From an uncultured Candidatus Entotheonella sp. (lineage in GTDB: Bacteria; Tectomicrobia; Entotheonellia; Entotheonellales; Entotheonellaceae): 64,000 nt of DNA. Below the pieces are notes generated by a model. That model made no database searches, had not been told where the DNA came from, and saw only the letters and a list, made by a program, of their open reading frames with translations. The DNA lies in contig OZ244252.1 of assembly GCA_965217185.1 (NCBI GenBank), positions 640,001 through 704,000 on the forward strand, given 5' to 3'. Made by a program: the position numbers and the translations under genes. Shown here piece after piece: positions 59,436 to 64,000 of this stretch; position 1 is the stretch's first letter, and each line of letters starts with the position of its first letter.

Positions 59436-60356
59436 TCAATCGCCGGCCAGCGACAGGCCCGTGGCCAGCCGGCAGGCGGCGCGCACCGTCTGGCAGTGCG
59501 CCTCAACGATGGCCTCGATCTCAGGCGCGTAACCGCCGCCCATCGTGATAACCAGCGGCACGTCGGCGTTGCGAAAGGCGGACAATACGCGGACATCGCG
59601 CCGCCGCAGGCCGTCCAGCGACAACGACAACCGCCCGAGCCGGTCGCCTTCGTAGGGATCGACGCCCGCCAGATACCAGACCATCTGGGGGCGAAACTCC
59701 CGCTGCACGGTCCGCAAGGCGCCGTCCAGAGCTTCCAGATATTCGGCGTCGCCGGTGCCGTCGGGCAGCGGCACGTCCAGGTCGCTCGGCGGCTTGTCGA
59801 ACGGGTAATTCTTCTCGCCGTGCAGGGAACACGTGTAAACGCTGGAATCATCCGCAAAGATGGTCGCCGTGCCGTTGCCCTGATGTACGTCGCAATCGAC
59901 CACCGCGGCGCGTTGCAAGCCATGATCGCGCTGCAAGACCCGAATGGCCACGGCGATGTCGTTGAACACCGAGAACCCCTCGCCGTGATCCGCAAACGCG
60001 TGATGCGAACCACCCGCCAGATTCGCCGCCAGGCCGTCGCGCCACGCCAGACGGCTGGCCGTGATCGTGCCGTGTACCGCCAGCCGCGCGCGCCGCGCCA
60101 AGGCGGCCGACCACGGAAAGCCCAGCGTGCGCATCTCCTTGGCCGTCATGTCGCCGGCGAGAAATCGCGTGACGTAATCGCGTGTGTGCACCAGCAGAAG
60201 GTCTTCCGTCGCCACCGGCTGAGGCGCCACTATTTGCTCCGGCGCCAGGGTGCCATCAGCGAGCAGGCGTTCGCAGACCAAGCCGTATTTCTGCATCGGA
60301 AACCGGTGCCCGGCACCGATGTCCACGACGTAGCCCGGATGGTAGGTGACGCGCAT
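59436..60356 (-). CDS. Histone deacetylase family (Zn-dependent deacylase)
   Basis: GHRFP, GGSHHA, DCDVHQGNG, AGVD, GGGY. Confidence 0.92.
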   Translation of the reverse strand: MRVTYHPGYVVDIGAGHRFPMQKYGLVCERLLADGTLAPEQIVAPQPVATEDLLLVHTRDYVTRFLAGDMTAKEMRTLGFPWSAALARRARLAVHGTITASRLAWRDGLAANLAGGSHHAFADHGEGFSVFNDIAVAIRVLQRDHGLQRAAVVDCDVHQGNGTATIFADDSSVYTCSLHGEKNYPFDKPPSDLDVPLPDGTGDAEYLEALDGALRTVQREFRPQMVWYLAGVDPYEGDRLGRLSLSLDGLRRRDVRVLSAFRNADVPLVITMGGGYAPEIEAIVEAHCQTVRAACRLATGLSLAGD

Positions 60357-60363
60357 ACGTTCC

Positions 60364-61245
60364 TCACGCACCCTCGGGTTTTTCCTTCAAGAGAGGGTTG
60401 CCTACGTCTGGCGAGAGTGTGTTTCTGAGTTCCTTTACGTCTCGTCTGAAATCGGATGTTAGTCGTGCCCAGTATCTGGCCACCGGCAAAGCGTACTTTA
60501 CGGCAATCATCAAAAAAGCTATGGGGAGCAGGACATTCTTTACGATAACAACAATCGTCAGCTTGACGATTGTTGTCACGACCCCTCCGGCCTTGCCAAT
60601 GAGGTCTCTGACACGTGCGTAGCCTTCTCCGCCCATGGCCGACAATTTGCCCAACAATGAAACGCAGTCCTCGCCGGCGCGCCGTTTTTCGATGCACTCA
60701 AGCTCCTCTTCGACGGCACGGATTTGGCTGTCAGCGGTTTCCATCTCGCGGCGGAATTCCTCACGCCTTGCTTCTGCAGACGCGAGTTGTTCTATTTCGA
60801 TGGCGCGGATTCGGTCCTCAACGGTTTCCATCTCACGGCTGATTTCTTCACGCCTCGCTTCTACAGACGCAAGCTGTTCTGTTTCCATGGCACGGACTCG
60901 ACTCTCAATGGCCTCCACCTCAAGGCGTATTTCCTCGCGTCTTGCTTCTGCCGCTGCGAGCTTTTCTCCGGGGGACACACCGCCAAGACTTTCGGGCAAG
61001 TAGCGGCGCAGGCCGACCTCGTTACGGAGTTCCTGGATCCGGGCATCCAGTGCCTCAGCATCCTGTGTCAGGACGCCATGCGTTTGAAGGAGTTCATCCA
61101 GTTCGGGCAATCCAGACGGCGTGAGGGCTCGCTGTTCATCGGCAGGGAGGCCACCGAGACTTTCGGGCAAGTAGCGGCGGCGCAGGCCGGCCCCACCGCT
61201 GAGTTCCCGGATTTGAGCATCCAGTGCCTCAGTTTGATTCTGTGA
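60364..61245 (-). pseudogene. 5'-truncated coiled-coil repeat membrane protein
   Basis: Three 29-aa repeats (EQLAS.EARREE), two YLPESLGG units, C-terminal TM; in-frame stop just upstream and no convincing start. Confidence 0.6.
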
Positions 61246-61275
61246 GGACTATTTCCTTGCATTTGATTGCCCCCT

Positions 61276-61338
61276 TCAAACGCATCCAACCCCGTCAACG
61301 CGCGGTCCAGAACCAGGGTGTGTCGTCGGTGCCCTCGT
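61276..61338 (-). repeat. Decayed direct duplicate of the acyl-CoA dehydrogenase 3' end (61916-61983)
   Basis: GCATCCAACCCCGTCA..CCAGAACCAGGGTGTG..TCGTCGGTGCCCTCGT shared. Confidence 0.85.
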
Positions 61339-61389
61339 GCCCCATAGTTGTTGCAACTTCGGATCGGGTAGCTATGGAGCCGTTGTTGG

Positions 61390-61809
61390 TTACTGGAAGA
61401 CGCCCTTGAACAGGATCAGCACAATCGATCCCAGGAACCCGAAGACCACCAAGCCAAAGAGCCATATCAACCAGCCACGCATCTGGCGCATGTCCGCATG
61501 AAATTGATCCATGTGCCTTTCCAGGCTATCGAAGCGCAGGCCGATGCCTTCTTTCAAGTCATCAAAACGCTGGTCGATACCCTCCTTCAGGTCGTTAAAA
61601 CGCTGGTCGATGCCCTCTTTCAGATCGTCAAAACGCTGAGTGATGTGAACCAGATTCTGTTCCCGCGCCTTTTCAGCATCGGCCAACCGTCGATTGATGC
61701 TGTCATGGCGCTGTTCGGCAAGCGCGTTCGCGTGGTCGAAACGCTCGTCCATGCGTTTCGAAAACTCGTCGAAATGCTCCTTGCGGACAAATTCTTCTGC
61801 CATTGCCAC
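61390..61809 (-). CDS. Coiled-coil protein with 11-aa repeats and C-terminal TM
   Basis: QRF(D/N)DLKEGI x3 (33-bp period), hydrophobic tail; GAGG RBS. Confidence 0.8.
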   Translation of the reverse strand: MAMAEEFVRKEHFDEFSKRMDERFDHANALAEQRHDSINRRLADAEKAREQNLVHITQRFDDLKEGIDQRFNDLKEGIDQRFDDLKEGIGLRFDSLERHMDQFHADMRQMRGWLIWLFGLVVFGFLGSIVLILFKGVFQ

Positions 61810-61869
61810 ACCTCTTCAGTAGAATCTCGACCCAGCTTTTTCCACCGCCCTCGCGTACCTGAACCAAAT

Positions 61870-61897
61870 GTAGGTCGGATTAGTAATCCGACATTCC
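61870..61897 (+). repeat. GTAG-type REP, copy 4 (short loop)
   Basis: GTAGGTCGGATTAGTAATCCGACATTCC. Confidence 0.78.
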
Positions 61898-61915
61898 CCT
61901 CCCCCTCCCAATGTA

Positions 61916-63091
61916 TCAGAAGGCATCCAACCCCGTCAGCGCACGGCCCAGAACCAGGGTGTGAATCTCGTCGGTGCCCTCGTAGGTGTACACCGATTCG
62001 AGGTTGAGCAGGTGCCGGATGGGCGCGTGTTCCAGCGAGATGCCGCTGGCGCCGTGGATCGAGCGTGCCGTGCGGGCGATGGCCAGCGCCTGCCGCACGT
62101 TGTTCTTCTTGGCCAGGCTGACCTGATACGGCGTCAGCCGGTCCTCGTCCTTGAGGCGGGCGAAGTGCATGTTCATCAACTGGCTCTTGGCGATTTCCAC
62201 CGCCATGTCGACCAGGTGTTCCTGGATCAACTGCTTGCTGCCGATCGGCACGCCGAATTGCACCCGACTGCGGCTGTAATCCAGGGCCGAGTCGAAGCAC
62301 GCCCGCGCCGCCCCCATGACGCCCCAAGAGACCCCGAAGCGCGCCTGGTTGAGGCAGGCCAGGGGCGAGCCCAGGCCGCGCGATTCGGGAAGGAGGTTTT
62401 CCTTGGGGATGCGGCAGTCCGACAGCACGATTTCGCCGGTATGCGAGGCGCGCATGGACATTTTACGCAGGATGGCGGGGGTGTCGAAGCCGGGGGTGCC
62501 GCGCTCGACCAGAAAGCCGCGCACTGTTTGATGGTCGTCCGCCGCCAGCTTGGCCCACACGACCGCCACGTCGCACACCGACGAGTTGGTGATCCACATC
62601 TTGCTGCCGTTGAGCACGTAGGCGTCGCCGTCCGGGCGCGCCATGGTACGCATGGCGCCGGGGTCGGAGCCGGAGTCGGGTTCCGTGAGCCCGAAGCAGC
62701 CGATGGTCTCGCCCCTGGCCATGCGCGGCAGCCAGTGTTGCCGCTGCGCTTCGGAGCCGAAGCGGTAGATGGCATACATGGCCAGCGAGCCCTGCACCGA
62801 TACGAAGCTGCGCAGGCCGCTGTCGCCGTACTCCAACTCCTGCAGGATGAGGCCATAGGTGACCGCATTGACCCCGGCACAGCCGTAGCCCTTGATGCTG
62901 GCGCCGAGCAGACCGAGGCCGGCGATCTCCGGCACCAGGTGGTCGGGGAAGGTGTGCTGCTCGAAATGCTCGCCGACAATCGGCAGGTACTTTTCCGCTA
63001 CGAACTGCCGCACCGTGTCGCGCGTCAGGCGTTCGTCGTCGGTCAGCATCGAGTCGATGTCGGTGAGTTGGTCCAGGGCGATGGGCTCCAT
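61916..63091 (-). CDS. Acyl-CoA dehydrogenase (glutaryl-CoA dehydrogenase-like)
   Basis: GCFGLTEPDSGSDP, NGSKMWITN, RVQFG, YTYEGT; start MEPIAL. Confidence 0.92.
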   Translation of the reverse strand: MEPIALDQLTDIDSMLTDDERLTRDTVRQFVAEKYLPIVGEHFEQHTFPDHLVPEIAGLGLLGASIKGYGCAGVNAVTYGLILQELEYGDSGLRSFVSVQGSLAMYAIYRFGSEAQRQHWLPRMARGETIGCFGLTEPDSGSDPGAMRTMARPDGDAYVLNGSKMWITNSSVCDVAVVWAKLAADDHQTVRGFLVERGTPGFDTPAILRKMSMRASHTGEIVLSDCRIPKENLLPESRGLGSPLACLNQARFGVSWGVMGAARACFDSALDYSRSRVQFGVPIGSKQLIQEHLVDMAVEIAKSQLMNMHFARLKDEDRLTPYQVSLAKKNNVRQALAIARTARSIHGASGISLEHAPIRHLLNLESVYTYEGTDEIHTLVLGRALTGLDAF

Positions 63092-63114
63092 GCCGTCTCC
63101 TCGGGCGCCGCGGC

Positions 63115-64000
63115 CTACGCCACGTTCGACAGCACCAGAGTGCCGGCGGCGGAGAGCATGCCGCCCATGCCGTTCACCAGCGACAGGCTGGCGTTCGGCA
63201 CCTGGCGGGCGCCGCACTCGCCGCGCAGTTGGCGGGTGGCTTCGAGGATCGGGAAGATGCCGTACATGCCCGAGTGGGTGTACGACAGGCCGCCGCCGTT
63301 GGTGTTGATCGGCAGCGAGCCGCCGGGAGTGGAGCGGCCTTCCTCGAAGAACGTGACGCCCTCGCCGGGCTCGCACATGCCGAGGGATTCGAGCATGATC
63401 GGCGGGCCGGAGGTGAAGGCGTCGTAGAGCATCACGTGGTCGAAATCGCCCGGCTTGACGCCCGCCATTTCAAAGGCGCGCTTGCCGGAGATGCGCGTCG
63501 CCTCGCTCAGTGGCAAGCCCTTCATCTGCGTCACCATGACGTGCTCGGTGCCCTCGCCGGTGCCGCGCACGTACACGGGCTTCTTGGCGCAATCCTTGGC
63601 GCGCTCGGCGCGTGTCAGCACCACGGCGCCGCCGGCGTCGGTGACCAGGCAGATGTTCAGCACGTTGAACGGGTAGCAGATCTGCCGCGAGTTCAGCACC
63701 TCCTCGACGGTCAGCGGATCGCGGTACATGGCTTTGGGATTCAGCCCGGCCCAGGCGCGCGTGGAAACCGCAACCTGCGCCCACTGCTCCAGGGTGGTGC
63801 CGTAGTCGTGCATGTGGCGCGTGGTGATGAGGCCGAAATACGTCGGCGCGCCGCCGAAGCCGAAGGGGGTCTCGAACTGGCCGCTCAGGCTGGCATCGCG
63901 CCCGCGCGTCACGCCGACGCCGGACCTGCCGCTCTCGCCGTGCGAGATCACCGCCACGTCGCACAGGCCGTGGTGCAGCGCCAGCATGGCGTGCTCCACC
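63115..64000 (-). CDS. SCP-x-type thiolase-like protein (5' end outside window)
   Basis: CLVTDAGGA, LYDAFT, INTNGGGLS. Confidence 0.88.
   Translation of the reverse strand, partial: VEHAMLALHHGLCDVAVISHGESGRSGVGVTRGRDASLSGQFETPFGFGGAPTYFGLITTRHMHDYGTTLEQWAQVAVSTRAWAGLNPKAMYRDPLTVEEVLNSRQICYPFNVLNICLVTDAGGAVVLTRAERAKDCAKKPVYVRGTGEGTEHVMVTQMKGLPLSEATRISGKRAFEMAGVKPGDFDHVMLYDAFTSGPPIMLESLGMCEPGEGVTFFEEGRSTPGGSLPINTNGGGLSYTHSGMYGIFPILEATRQLRGECGARQVPNASLSLVNGMGGMLSAAGTLVLSNVA

Noticed and set aside
61530..61640. 33-bp repeats as a CRISPR or DNA-level array
   Set aside because: In-frame protein repeats without spacers

Overview
GC-rich bacterial chromosome segment; the taxon cannot be determined from the sequence alone. 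The backbone is catabolic and transport genes: an F420-type LLM oxidoreductase, two paralogous Gld-like ABC cassettes, a dimethylglycine-oxidase-like/GcvT pair, CoA transferase, SDRs, a LIV-type ABC operon with an acyl-CoA ligase, riboflavin synthase, a pentaheme cytochrome, HDAC, acyl-CoA dehydrogenase and thiolase. Two defence-type islands interrupt it. Island 1 (~6.6-17.0 kb, all minus strand) carries AbrB-VapC, Fic, a PLD-SF2 helicase coupled to an Eco57I-like methyltransferase, a 2-TM protein, a small peptide and an orphan antitoxin-like gene. Island 2 (~46.5-55.7 kb) carries an MmeI-like RM enzyme, an IS1595 transposase with small passenger genes, an outer-membrane protein gene split by a 191-bp MITE, a nucleoside-deoxyribosyltransferase-like gene, and an FRG-TPR protein whose C-terminus looks like the tail of a Doc-partner antitoxin, translationally coupled to an intact doc toxin. 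That fusion is the best candidate for a novel system. Several REP-like palindrome families, a heptamer-repeat hairpin, decayed duplicates of gene ends flanking inserted cassettes and scattered small coiled-coil/TM genes are also present. All family assignments are by motif recognition, not database search. No rRNA, tRNA, CRISPR array, integrase or reverse transcriptase was recognised.
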